Positions 18,599 through 27,196 of a DNA stretch of 64,000 nucleotides are shown here, one piece after another. The notes beneath the pieces are model-generated. The model ran no database searches. It saw nothing but the letters and a program-made list of their open reading frames with translations, and had not been told where the DNA came from. Each line of letters opens with the position of its first letter. Within the stretch, counting starts at the first letter, position 1. The stretch is from Candidatus Dormiibacterota bacterium (GTDB lineage Bacteria; Chloroflexota; Dormibacteria; Aeolococcales; Bog-877), in assembly GCA_027319585.1 (NCBI GenBank), contig DAHVMY010000001.1, forward strand, positions 6,192 through 70,191. Reading direction: 5' to 3'. Both the position numbers and the translations under genes were made by a program.

Positions 18599-19128
18599 GC
18601 GACCGCAGCGACGAATACGACCTCGAGCCCGAGCCGGTATCGATCGTGGACCTGCTGGACCGTTTGGAGTCCCTGGTCAATCAGAGCCGCCGGGTGCCGC
18701 TCACTCCGAACATCGTGGTCAACGAGGAGGAGATGCTGGACATCCTTGATCAGATCAGGGTCGGTCTCCCGGAGGAGATCAAGGAGTCCCGCATGCTGTT
18801 GGAGACCAGGGAGTCGCGACTGCGGGAGGCTCAGGAGCAGGCCGAGCAGGTCCTCGCAGCCGCCCAGGAGCGGGCCGAGAGGATGACCGATCAGCATGAG
18901 ATCAGTCGGCGCGCGACCGCAGAGGCCGATGAGATCCTGACCGAGGCGCGCGAGCGCAGCCGCAAGATGCGCCGGGATGCCGACGACTATGCCCGCGAGC
19001 GCATGGAGGAGCTGGAGACTCAGCTCGCGTCGGCGCTCAACCAGGTGAGGCGCGGCTTGGAGACCCTGGAGGCGGGGCGCGAGGGTTCGGCCGAGGACAA
19101 GCCGAAGGGGCGGGGAAGGCGGCGCTGA
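18595..19128 (+). CDS. Coiled-coil protein of unknown function, Glu/Arg-rich
   Basis: 177-aa ORF with an ATGA overlap with coaD. It has a long heptad-like stretch, ...LREAQEQAEQVLAAAQERAERM...RERSRKMRRDADDYARERMEELE. Confidence 0.7.
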   Translation: MSDRSDEYDLEPEPVSIVDLLDRLESLVNQSRRVPLTPNIVVNEEEMLDILDQIRVGLPEEIKESRMLLETRESRLREAQEQAEQVLAAAQERAERMTDQHEISRRATAEADEILTEARERSRKMRRDADDYARERMEELETQLASALNQVRRGLETLEAGREGSAEDKPKGRGRRR

Positions 19129-19165
19129 GCGTGCGCCCCGCTTCCTGCTAGACTCCGAACTCGTT

Positions 19166-19342
19166 ATGGCTCTACCCAAGGAACGGATCCCCAAGGCCCG
19201 GCGCGACCGCCGCCGCTCCCATCTGGCTCTCACCGCTCCCTCCCTGGCTCCGTGCCCGCGTTGCCGTCGGCCGCGCCGCCCGCACACTGTGTGCGGCAAC
19301 TGCGGCTATTACAAGGGCCGCGAGGTCATCGCGACTGAGTAG
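19166..19342 (+). CDS. rpmF: 50S ribosomal protein L32
   Basis: My own translation (58 aa, below the track cutoff): MALPKERIPKARRDRRRSHLALTAPSLAPCPRCRRPRRPHTVCGNCGYYKGREVIATE. It has the CxxC...CxxC zinc-ribbon form. Confidence 0.9.
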   Translation: MALPKERIPKARRDRRRSHLALTAPSLAPCPRCRRPRRPHTVCGNCGYYKGREVIATE

Positions 19343-19366
19343 TTCGCGCACTCGGGCCGTCCAAGG

Positions 19367-20317
19367 TTGACCGGGGTCTCCTCCGGACTGGCCCTCCTCT
19401 TCCCGGGTCAGGGCGCCCAGCAAGCGGGCATGGGGGCTGCTCTGATAGCGGACGGATGCGACTTGGAGTTGCTCGAAGTCGCTCGCCAGGAGGGGATGGC
19501 GCTCGACCGTCTTCTGGTGGCCGGGACGGCTGAGGAGCTGCGCCCGACCGAGGTCGCCCAGCCGGCGCTCTACTACGTCGGGGTGGCACTGGCAAGGATC
19601 GTGCTCAGCCGCGGCGTGGCCCCCCGATTCGGGGCTGGCCACAGCCTCGGGGAGTACACCGCTCTGGCCGTGGCCGGGGCTATCGACCCTGCCGACGGGA
19701 TGCGCCTCGTGATCGCGCGCGGCCGGCTGATGGCGGCGGCACCCGACGGGACCATGGCCGCCGTGCTGGGGCTGGAGCGCCAGCCGATGGAGGAGATCTG
19801 TCGTCAGGTGGAGTCCGCCGGTGAGATCTGCGTGATCGCCAACGACAACTGTCCCGGGCAGCTGGTCATCTCCGGCAGCCGGCCGGGGATCGAGGCTGCC
19901 GCGGAGGCCGCCAGGCAGGCCGGTGCCCGCCGGGTCGTGCCGCTCAGCGTTGGCGGGGCCTTTCACTCGCCGCTGATGGCTGATGCCGCGGCGGCCTTCG
20001 CGGCGGTGCTGGCCCAGGTCAAGATCCGGGATCCGCGGTGGCCGGTGGCATCGGGCTGCTCGGGCCAGCTGTCGACGACCGCGCAGGAGGTGCGCGACGG
20101 CTTGACGAGACAGCTCGCCAGCCCCGTGCTGTGGACTACGACGGTGCTGGCCCTGACGCAGGCGGGCGCGACCGACTTTCTCGAGTGCGGCCCCGGCAAC
20201 ACCCTGGGGGCGCTGGTGCGCCGGATCGCCCCATCCTCCCGGGTGGCCTCGGCCAGCTCTCCCGACGGCGTCGATGCCGCCCTGGCGGCGCTCGGTGCCG
20301 ACATCGGAGTGCGGTGA
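19367..20317 (+). CDS. fabD: Malonyl-CoA:ACP transacylase
   Basis: LLFPGQGAQQAGMG and GHSLGEYTALAVAG (active-site Ser). Confidence 0.92.
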   Translation: MTGVSSGLALLFPGQGAQQAGMGAALIADGCDLELLEVARQEGMALDRLLVAGTAEELRPTEVAQPALYYVGVALARIVLSRGVAPRFGAGHSLGEYTALAVAGAIDPADGMRLVIARGRLMAAAPDGTMAAVLGLERQPMEEICRQVESAGEICVIANDNCPGQLVISGSRPGIEAAAEAARQAGARRVVPLSVGGAFHSPLMADAAAAFAAVLAQVKIRDPRWPVASGCSGQLSTTAQEVRDGLTRQLASPVLWTTTVLALTQAGATDFLECGPGNTLGALVRRIAPSSRVASASSPDGVDAALAALGADIGVR

Positions 20318-20705
20318 CCCGGGTGGCGCAGCGGCGGCGCCGACTACAATGACCGTCGAGTTGCGACGGCCCCCGACATGCTCCACCAGCGTCCGGGTAC
20401 CCTTCGGCGCCAGCAGGTGAAGTCCTTCGTTCGCCGCCTGGTGGGGGGTCAGATCCCCAAGTCATCCACGGCCGGGCCTGCCGACCCCGGGAGGGTGGCG
20501 GCTGAGTCCAGTGCAGGCACGGCTGCCAGCGAAGGCCTTACCGTATTGCCCGGCGAGCGGCTGAGCGGCCAGCGGTCGCAGCCGGAGCCCGATTCGCGAC
20601 AAGCGCAACCGAGACCGGCCGGAGGTGGCTCCCCCGGGTCGGCGGATGCAGGCGGGACTAGAACTGGCAACCAGGCGGCCAAGCGCCGCGCAACGAGGGG
20701 TAAAG

Positions 20706-20954
20706 ATGGCAGACACGACCTGGGAAGGGTTTCAGGGGATAGTGGTGGAGCAGCTCGGGGTGGAGCTGGAACAGGTGACGCCCGAGGCGAACTTCGTGGA
20801 GGACCTGAACGCGGATTCCCTGGATCTGGTGGAGCTGATCATGGCCTTCGAGGAGGCCTACGGCATGGAGATTCCGGACGAGGACGCGGAGAAGATTCAG
20901 ACCGTGGGCCAAGCCTGGGATTACGTCAAGGAGCACCTGGACCTGACGAGCTGA
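20706..20954 (+). CDS. acpP: Acyl carrier protein
   Basis: MADTTWEGF...[17 protein letters not shown] (DSL phosphopantetheine site). GAGGGG RBS lies 5 nt upstream. In the frame of ORF 20625. Confidence 0.92.
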   Translation: MADTTWEGFQGIVVEQLGVELEQVTPEANFVEDLNADSLDLVELIMAFEEAYGMEIPDEDAEKIQTVGQAWDYVKEHLDLTS

Positions 20955-21004
20955 CGCCGGCGGCGCCGGCCCGACGTCGGCGCTCCCGGACCACCCCCGA
21001 GGAG

Positions 21005-22348
21005 TTGGCTCAGCAGGAGAGGGAGGCCGAGTCGAGGCTCGACGAGCTCCAGACCCGCCTGGGGCTGAGGTTCAAGCGCCGAGAACTGCTCCGGGAGGCC
21101 ATGACCCACACCTCCTGGATCAACGAGCGCGGTGACCAGGGGCGCGACAACGAGCGGCTGGAGTATCTGGGTGACGCGGTGCTGGAACTGGTGGCCGGGG
21201 AGTACCTCTTCAATCGCTTCCCCAACTACGATGAGGGCCAGCTGACCCAGATGCGCTCCTCGTTGGTGAGCACGGTCGCGCTGGCGCGGCTGGGCGAGCA
21301 GCTCCGGCTCGGGGAGACGCTGCGCCTGGGCCGCGGCGCCGCCAAGTCGGGCGCCCGGCGGCTGACCTCGCTGCACGCCAATGCATTCGAGGCGTTGGTG
21401 GGCGCCATCTTCCTGGACCAGGGGTACCGCAAGGCGGGGCGAGTGTTCCTGTCCCGGATCGAGGACCTCAGCGCCTGGACCGACCCCAACTTCAAGGGCC
21501 GGCTGCAGGCGCTGGCGCAGGAGCGGTTTGGAGCTCCGCCCCAGTACCGCACCGTCCCCGCCGGCGGCGACCCCAGGACCAGGCAGTACGTCTCCCAGGT
21601 CTCGGTGGATGGCCAGGGCACCCTCGGCGAGGGGCGGGCGGGGACCAAACAGGCGGCGGAGCAGGCGGCGGCGCGTGCCGCCATCGATCTCCTGGTGGCA
21701 CCGGTTTCCAAGAAGCGTCGGCGACGCTCGCGCCCGGCTCCGTCGGCCGCCGCCAGCTTGGCCACCACCGCGGTGGTTCCGGAGACCACGCCCGCATCGA
21801 GCCCGGCGGACCCCGCCGGGCCATCAGCTGCAGAGCCCACCGCCCCAAGCTCGGCGCGACCGGAGGCCGAGGGACGCACCGCGACCACCGACGGCGCGGG
21901 CTCCACGCGCCGCCCCAGCCGCCGTCGCACAGTGGCTGGCCAGGTTTCAGCCGCATCCAAAGACGAGCAGGGCGCCTCTTCGGGGGAGGCCCCGGCCCCC
22001 AAGCCGCGGCGACGTCGCTCTTCGCGGGCTGCCGGAGTCGCGGTCGGTTCGGCAGCGTCGGAGCCGGCCATCGCGGTGGAGCCGGAGCTGACGCCGCCGG
22101 TCCCGGAGGTCGCCACCTCCGCCCGGCGGCGCCGCCGCCGCAGTCCGGCGAAATCTGGGGCGGACGCTGCTCAGCCGGCGATCCCGATGGCCGAGAGCGC
22201 GGGGGCGTCCATGCCTCAGCCAGTTGCGACCGGGTCGGCCCCGGGCGAGGCGGCGGAGCCGACGGAAGGAGCCCCAAAGCGGCGCACCCATCGGGGGCAT
22301 CGGGGGGGCCGTCGACGTTCCGGTCGAGGCACCACCGCTGAGCCATGA
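21005..22348 (+). CDS. rnc: Ribonuclease III with a long basic low-complexity C-terminal tail
   Basis: NERLEYLGDAVLELV catalytic signature, a dsRBD (...GTKQAAEQAAARAAIDLL), then a ~215-aa tail. The start is uncertain: TTG 21005 is my choice. The track ORF from 20378 reads through acpP in another frame. Confidence 0.85.
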   Translation: MAQQEREAESRLDELQTRLGLRFKRRELLREAMTHTSWINERGDQGRDNERLEYLGDAVLELVAGEYLFNRFPNYDEGQLTQMRSSLVSTVALARLGEQLRLGETLRLGRGAAKSGARRLTSLHANAFEALVGAIFLDQGYRKAGRVFLSRIEDLSAWTDPNFKGRLQALAQERFGAPPQYRTVPAGGDPRTRQYVSQVSVDGQGTLGEGRAGTKQAAEQAAARAAIDLLVAPVSKKRRRRSRPAPSAAASLATTAVVPETTPASSPADPAGPSAAEPTAPSSARPEAEGRTATTDGAGSTRRPSRRRTVAGQVSAASKDEQGASSGEAPAPKPRRRRSSRAAGVAVGSAASEPAIAVEPELTPPVPEVATSARRRRRRSPAKSGADAAQPAIPMAESAGASMPQPVATGSAPGEAAEPTEGAPKRRTHRGHRGGRRRSGRGTTAEP

Positions 22349-25300
22349 GAGTCAGCAGACTCGAGGTCCATGGCTTCAAGAGCTTTGCCAGCCCTGCGTG
22401 GTTGGAGTTCGGAGATGGGATCACCGCCGTGGTCGGTCCCAACGGCAGCGGGAAGTCGAACCTGGTCGATGCGATCCGATTGGTCCTGGGCGGGGCCGGC
22501 GCCCGTGAGCTGAGGGGTCAGCGTCTGGAGCAGGTCATCTTCTCCGGGGGCGATCGGCGGGCTCCTCTGGGGATGGCGGAGGTGACCGTTGTGTTCGACA
22601 ACGAGGACGGCCGGATCCCGGTGGAGGAGGTCGAGGTGGCGCTCACCAGACGGGTCTTCCGAGACGGTGCCAGCGAATTCCGCCGCAACGGCCGTCGGAT
22701 CCGGCTGCGCGACCTGGGGCGGCTGCTGGATGCCACCGGGCTGGCCCAGGCCGGCTACGCAATCATCGCCCAGAACGACATCGAATCGATCATCCGGGCG
22801 ACTCCCACGCAGCGCCGTCACCTGATCGAGGAGGCGGCCGGCGTGCGCGGGACCCAACTGCTGCTCGACGACAGCCGCCGGCGAATCCAGGAGCTGGATC
22901 GCTGGCTGGAGGGTTCGGTCGGCCGGCTCGCGGAGCTCATGCCCCGGCTCGAGGAGCTGCGCGAGCAGGCACGGCGGGCGGACCAGGCCCGGGAGCTGAA
23001 GGAGCGGCTGCAGCGGCTGCGCGGGAGTTTGGAGCGCGCGGCGTGGCTGGCCGAGCTGGCCAACTTGCGGCAGTTGGAGCGCCAGCTGGACCTCATGCGG
23101 CGGCGTCGCGAGTCGGCGGCGCGGGCCTTCGCGGACTTCGACAGCCACTATCGCCTGGAGCGCCAGCGGCTGGAACTGGTCGAGGCGGGCCGGCTGGAGC
23201 GTGAGCGTGCCAGCGGGCGGCTGGCCCTCAGGGTCCAGCAGGCGGAAGCTGCGCTGGAGAGGTGGCGGGAGCGCGCCCAGCAGGCGGCGGTGACCCTGGC
23301 GGAGGCGAGGGCCCAGATGGAGGAGGTCAGGGCTGACCTGCGGGCGCTGGCCGACTTTGTGGATGGGGACCCCCTCGACGGTGGGAACGCCATGGAGGCC
23401 CGCCGGGCCCGGGTGGCTGAGTTGGCGGGCGAGCTCCTGGCGCTGGAGGCACGGCGACGCGAGCTGAGCCCGCAGATCACCGAGCACGAACGCCGCGAGC
23501 GTGATCTCGGTCTGGAGCTGGCGGCCAACTTGAAGGGGCAGGCGGAGCGAGGGGCGTCGATTCAGGCCGTCAGCTCCCACTTGGATCAGGCTGCCGCTCT
23601 GGTCCGGGAGGTGGAGGCGGACATCACCGGCTCGCGCGCCGAGCTGGCCGAGGCTGTCGAGCTGGCGCGGGAGGCGACCGAGCGGGCCCGGCAGCAGCGG
23701 GAGGAGCTGGATCAGGCCGTCAGGCAAGAGGCGAGCGCGCTGGAAGTGCTCAGGGCCAGCGAGGCGGAGGCCATTCAGATCGCGGCCCAGGAACGCGCAT
23801 CCGCAGCGGCCGTCGCGGCCCAGGAGGCCCTGTTGGAGGAGCGGCGACGGGGACGCCCCATCGCCGAGGCTGCGGCCCGCGGGGAGGTCAGACTCCAGCC
23901 GCTCAGCGTCGCCGTGCGTCCGAGAGTCGAGGCGGACACCGTCTCCGTGGAGGCGGCACTGGGTGATCTCGGCGGGGCGCTGATCGGGTCCGAGGACGAC
24001 GTCAGGAGGGCTTTGCAGTGGGCGGGCGGCGCGGCCGAGGTGGTCTGCTGGCCCACCGGAGACGAGGTGGAAGGGTGGTTGGCACCGGCGGGCTGCCGTC
24101 CCCTCGCGCTGGCGCTGGAGGGCGAGCCTGAGGATCTCGCCACGGTGGCGGTGATCTGTGGGCACATCGGACTGGCCGAGGACCGCGCGGCCGCCGCCAG
24201 CTGGCTGGAAGCCGTCCCACATGGGCGGGCAGTGCTTCCGGATGGCACCGTGATCGCCCGCGGGCTCGAGGTGACGCCCTCCCACGCGGTCGGAGAGTTG
24301 CAGGCCGCGCGGCGCGCTGCCCAGGCTCACCACGATTTGAGCCTGATTCGGATCCGGATGGCGGAGGCCCAGGCGCGGCTGGACTGGGCCCGGGACCAGC
24401 ATCAACGCCAGCGTGAGTCGGTCGACCGCGCGCGTGAGGCCCTGGCAAGGGCGGTGAGCGGGGCGGAGAGTCGGCGCCAGGCCGAGGCCAGCTTGCGAAC
24501 GCGCCTGATGGAGCTTGGTGAGCGCGCGGCGGCGGTCCGGCAGGAGCAGGAGCGGGACCGGAGCCAGCTCGCCAAGGTGAAGGCTGAACTGGAAGAGCTG
24601 GAGCACGAGCAGCGCCGCCTGGAGGCGTCCCGCCAGGCGGCGCGGTCCGACCTGGAGGCGGCGCTGGCTCTGGAGCACCAGCTGATCGCCGCTGAGCAGG
24701 AACAGAGAACATCCCACGAGCGGGCGCGGCTGGAGCTGGTGGAATTGGAGATCCGCGAGCGGGAGCGCGCCCAGCGGGCGCGCCAGCAGGCCGAGGCCAA
24801 GCAGCGGCTGGTGGAGCGAGAGCAGGCAGCCCGGGCCCGGGTCGAGGGGGCGGAGAGTGGGGTCGTGGTCGCGCTGGCGCTGGCCGAACAGGCCGCCAGA
24901 GAGCTGCAGGCGCTCGGGGAACAGGAGGTGCAGGCGCCCGCCGAGCGGGTCGACCTGGCGGTCGAGCCGCTGCAGGAGCTGGCCCGGCTGGAGCGCCGAC
25001 GGGCGGAACTCGAGTCCACGCTCGGCCAGGCGACCGAGGCCACTCAGCAGTTGGAGCGGGAGCTTTCGGGGCAACGCCTGCGGGTGGAGGAGGCTCGCGT
25101 CCGGCTGGGGGACATGCCCATGACCGAGGACCGGCCACCGGACGACCCGGCCCGGACCGCGCAGGAGGTGGCGCGACTGGAACACCGGGTGGAGGCTCTC
25201 GGTCCGGTCAATGAGCTCGCGCCTCGGCAGCTCGCAGAGCTGCTGGACAAGACCGAGGGCATGCGCGCTGCCCACGCCGACACCACCGCCGCCCGTGAGG

Positions 25301-25854
25301 ACATCGAGGCGGTGCGGACCCACCTGCAGCAGCTCGTGGAAGCCCGGCTCAGGACTGCGATGATGCGGGTGACGCGGGAGTTCGAAGATAGCTGGCGAGA
25401 GCTCTTTGGGGCCGGCCGAGCGACGCTGCTCAAAGTCGAGTCTGGTCCCGACACTGGCTGGGGGGTGGAGATGGAGGTCCAGCCCCAGGGCAAGCGGGTC
25501 ATCCCCATGGCGATGCTCTCCGGTGGCGAGCGGGCGCTGACCGCGCTGGCGCTGGTCTTGGCGTTGCAACAGGTGTCGCCCAGCCCCTTCTACGTCTTCG
25601 ACGAGGTGGATGCGGCACTTGACGAGGTCAATGTCGCCAACTTCGCCCGCGTGCTGGAGCGGCGGGCGCAGCGGAGCCAGTTTCTGGTCATCACTCACAA
25701 CCTGACCACGATGGCGCGGGCTTCACAGCTGTACGGGGTGACCCAGGACGGCCGCGGGGCGAGCCGGGTCCTGTCGGTCCGCCTGGCCGAGGATGGACAG
25801 TCGGTGCGCGATCGGCGGGGACAGGAGCTGGTGGAGGCTCTGGTTGGAGGCTGA
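22345..25854 (+). CDS. smc: Chromosome partition protein SMC
   Basis: VVGPNGSGKSNLVDAI head, long coiled coils, hinge, MLSGGERALTALAL signature. 1169 aa. Confidence 0.95.
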   Translation: MRVSRLEVHGFKSFASPAWLEFGDGITAVVGPNGSGKSNLVDAIRLVLGGAGARELRGQRLEQVIFSGGDRRAPLGMAEVTVVFDNEDGRIPVEEVEVALTRRVFRDGASEFRRNGRRIRLRDLGRLLDATGLAQAGYAIIAQNDIESIIRATPTQRRHLIEEAAGVRGTQLLLDDSRRRIQELDRWLEGSVGRLAELMPRLEELREQARRADQARELKERLQRLRGSLERAAWLAELANLRQLERQLDLMRRRRESAARAFADFDSHYRLERQRLELVEAGRLERERASGRLALRVQQAEAALERWRERAQQAAVTLAEARAQMEEVRADLRALADFVDGDPLDGGNAMEARRARVAELAGELLALEARRRELSPQITEHERRERDLGLELAANLKGQAERGASIQAVSSHLDQAAALVREVEADITGSRAELAEAVELAREATERARQQREELDQAVRQEASALEVLRASEAEAIQIAAQERASAAAVAAQEALLEERRRGRPIAEAAARGEVRLQPLSVAVRPRVEADTVSVEAALGDLGGALIGSEDDVRRALQWAGGAAEVVCWPTGDEVEGWLAPAGCRPLALALEGEPEDLATVAVICGHIGLAEDRAAAASWLEAVPHGRAVLPDGTVIARGLEVTPSHAVGELQAARRAAQAHHDLSLIRIRMAEAQARLDWARDQHQRQRESVDRAREALARAVSGAESRRQAEASLRTRLMELGERAAAVRQEQERDRSQLAKVKAELEELEHEQRRLEASRQAARSDLEAALALEHQLIAAEQEQRTSHERARLELVELEIRERERAQRARQQAEAKQRLVEREQAARARVEGAESGVVVALALAEQAARELQALGEQEVQAPAERVDLAVEPLQELARLERRRAELESTLGQATEATQQLERELSGQRLRVEEARVRLGDMPMTEDRPPDDPARTAQEVARLEHRVEALGPVNELAPRQLAELLDKTEGMRAAHADTTAAREDIEAVRTHLQQLVEARLRTAMMRVTREFEDSWRELFGAGRATLLKVESGPDTGWGVEMEVQPQGKRVIPMAMLSGGERALTALALVLALQQVSPSPFYVFDEVDAALDEVNVANFARVLERRAQRSQFLVITHNLTTMARASQLYGVTQDGRGASRVLSVRLAEDGQSVRDRRGQELVEALVGG

Positions 25855-26851
25855 CCCCCGGGAGACCCCCAAGCGGCGCTGGTGGCGCCGACTGCCGGCT
25901 CGGCTGGACCGGGTCTCGAGCCAGATGGGGCAGACGCTGCGGACCCGCCTGCGCTTCGGCCAGCTGGCGGGGGAGGAGTTCTACGACGAACTGTTCGAGC
26001 TGCTGCTTGCCAGCGACTGCGGGGTGTCCATGGCCGAGGATCTGGTCGAGGGCTTGAGGGAGCAAACGGCGCGCCAGCGGCTGCGCACCTCGGATCAGCT
26101 GCTGGCGGCGCTGCGCCAGCAGATGCTGGCCCAGATGGAGGGCTTGGACCGCGAGCTGTCGCTGGTCGGCACTCCCTGCGTGTGGCTGGTGGCGGGCGTC
26201 AATGGGTCTGGCAAGACGACCACGGTCGCCAAGCTGGCGACTCGGCTCCAGCAGCAGGGACTCAGCTGCCTGGTGGCTGCGTCCGACACCTTTCGCGCCG
26301 CCGCGATCGATCAGCTCCGGCGCATGGTGGCACCCAGTGGTGCCGAGGTGGTCGCCCACCAGCAGGGAGCGGACCCCGCGGCGGTGGTCTTCGACGCCAT
26401 CGCGGCCGCCAGGGCGCGCGGCCGCGACGTGGTCCTGGTTGACACCGCGGGACGGCTGCACACCAAGGACAACCTCATGCAGGAGCTGGGGAAGATTCGG
26501 CGGGTGGTGGCGGGCCAGCTGCCGGGGCAGCCGGCGGAGTCACTGCTGGTGCTCGACGCCTACGTGGGTGGCAACGCGATCGCACAGGCGCGGGTGTTCG
26601 GCGAGGTCGTGGAGGCGACCGGTCTGGTCGTGACCAAACTTGACGGCAGCGCCCGCGGCGGCTATCTCCTGCAGGTGGAGCGGGAACTTCGGATTCCCGT
26701 CAAGCTGATAGGTTTCGGTGAGGACCGGTCCGATCTGGCCGACTTCGACCCGGCCGCGTACGTGGACCGGCTGTTGGCTGACGACGAGGCCGCCGGCAGC
26801 GGTCAGCGGGCCGGGATCTCGGCGGTGCCACCGGAGGTGGACTTCGGTTAG
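25844..26851 (+). CDS. ftsY: Signal recognition particle receptor FtsY
   Basis: VAGVNGSGKTTTVAKLA and VLVDTAGRLH. The start is uncertain (TTG 25844 or ATG 25793). Confidence 0.88.
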   Translation: MEADPRETPKRRWWRRLPARLDRVSSQMGQTLRTRLRFGQLAGEEFYDELFELLLASDCGVSMAEDLVEGLREQTARQRLRTSDQLLAALRQQMLAQMEGLDRELSLVGTPCVWLVAGVNGSGKTTTVAKLATRLQQQGLSCLVAASDTFRAAAIDQLRRMVAPSGAEVVAHQQGADPAAVVFDAIAAARARGRDVVLVDTAGRLHTKDNLMQELGKIRRVVAGQLPGQPAESLLVLDAYVGGNAIAQARVFGEVVEATGLVVTKLDGSARGGYLLQVERELRIPVKLIGFGEDRSDLADFDPAAYVDRLLADDEAAGSGQRAGISAVPPEVDFG

Positions 26852-26863
26852 CCTGTAAAGGCT

Positions 26864-27196
26864 TTGACCTTGACAGCACCGGGCCTTGCCGACTCCCGCC
26901 TGCAGCGCCTCCGGCTATTGGACGTCTATGCCACCCTGCTGACCGAGCGCCAGCGCGAGGCGCTGCGGCTGCAGCTGGAGGAGGACTGGTCGATCTCGGA
27001 GCTCGCGGCGGCGATGGGATCCTCCCGGGCTGCCGCCCATGACCTCGTGCGCCGGGGGCTGCGGCGCATGGAGGAGGCTGAGCGGCAGCTGGGGGTCTGT
27101 CGCAAGCTGGCGGCCGCGGAGCTGCGCCAGTCAGAGCTGGAGCACCAGGTGCAGACGCTGCTGCAGCGGCTGGGCCAGACGGGGGGAGGCGGCTGA
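26864..27196 (+). CDS. ylxM: UPF0122 / YlxM putative helix-turn-helix protein
   Basis: LLDVYATLLTERQREALRLQLEEDWSISELAAAMGSSRAAAHDLV (sigma-70 region-4-like). Conserved position before ffh. Confidence 0.85.
   Translation: MTLTAPGLADSRLQRLRLLDVYATLLTERQREALRLQLEEDWSISELAAAMGSSRAAAHDLVRRGLRRMEEAERQLGVCRKLAAAELRQSELEHQVQTLLQRLGQTGGGG

Noticed and set aside
20378-21004. 5' extension of the rnc frame (ATG 20378), giving a 656-aa ORF that overprints acpP
   Set aside because: The extension is disordered Gly/Arg/Ser/Pro sequence and would fully overlap the acpP gene, which has a strong RBS and a perfect ACP sequence, in another frame. RNase III homology begins only near 21030.
22216-25698. 1160-aa ORF antisense to smc
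   Set aside because: It is entirely antisense to a gene with unmistakable SMC motifs. The translation is Leu/Arg/Pro/Gly/Gln-rich low-complexity sequence with no motifs. Stop-free antisense frames are expected in GC-rich coding DNA.
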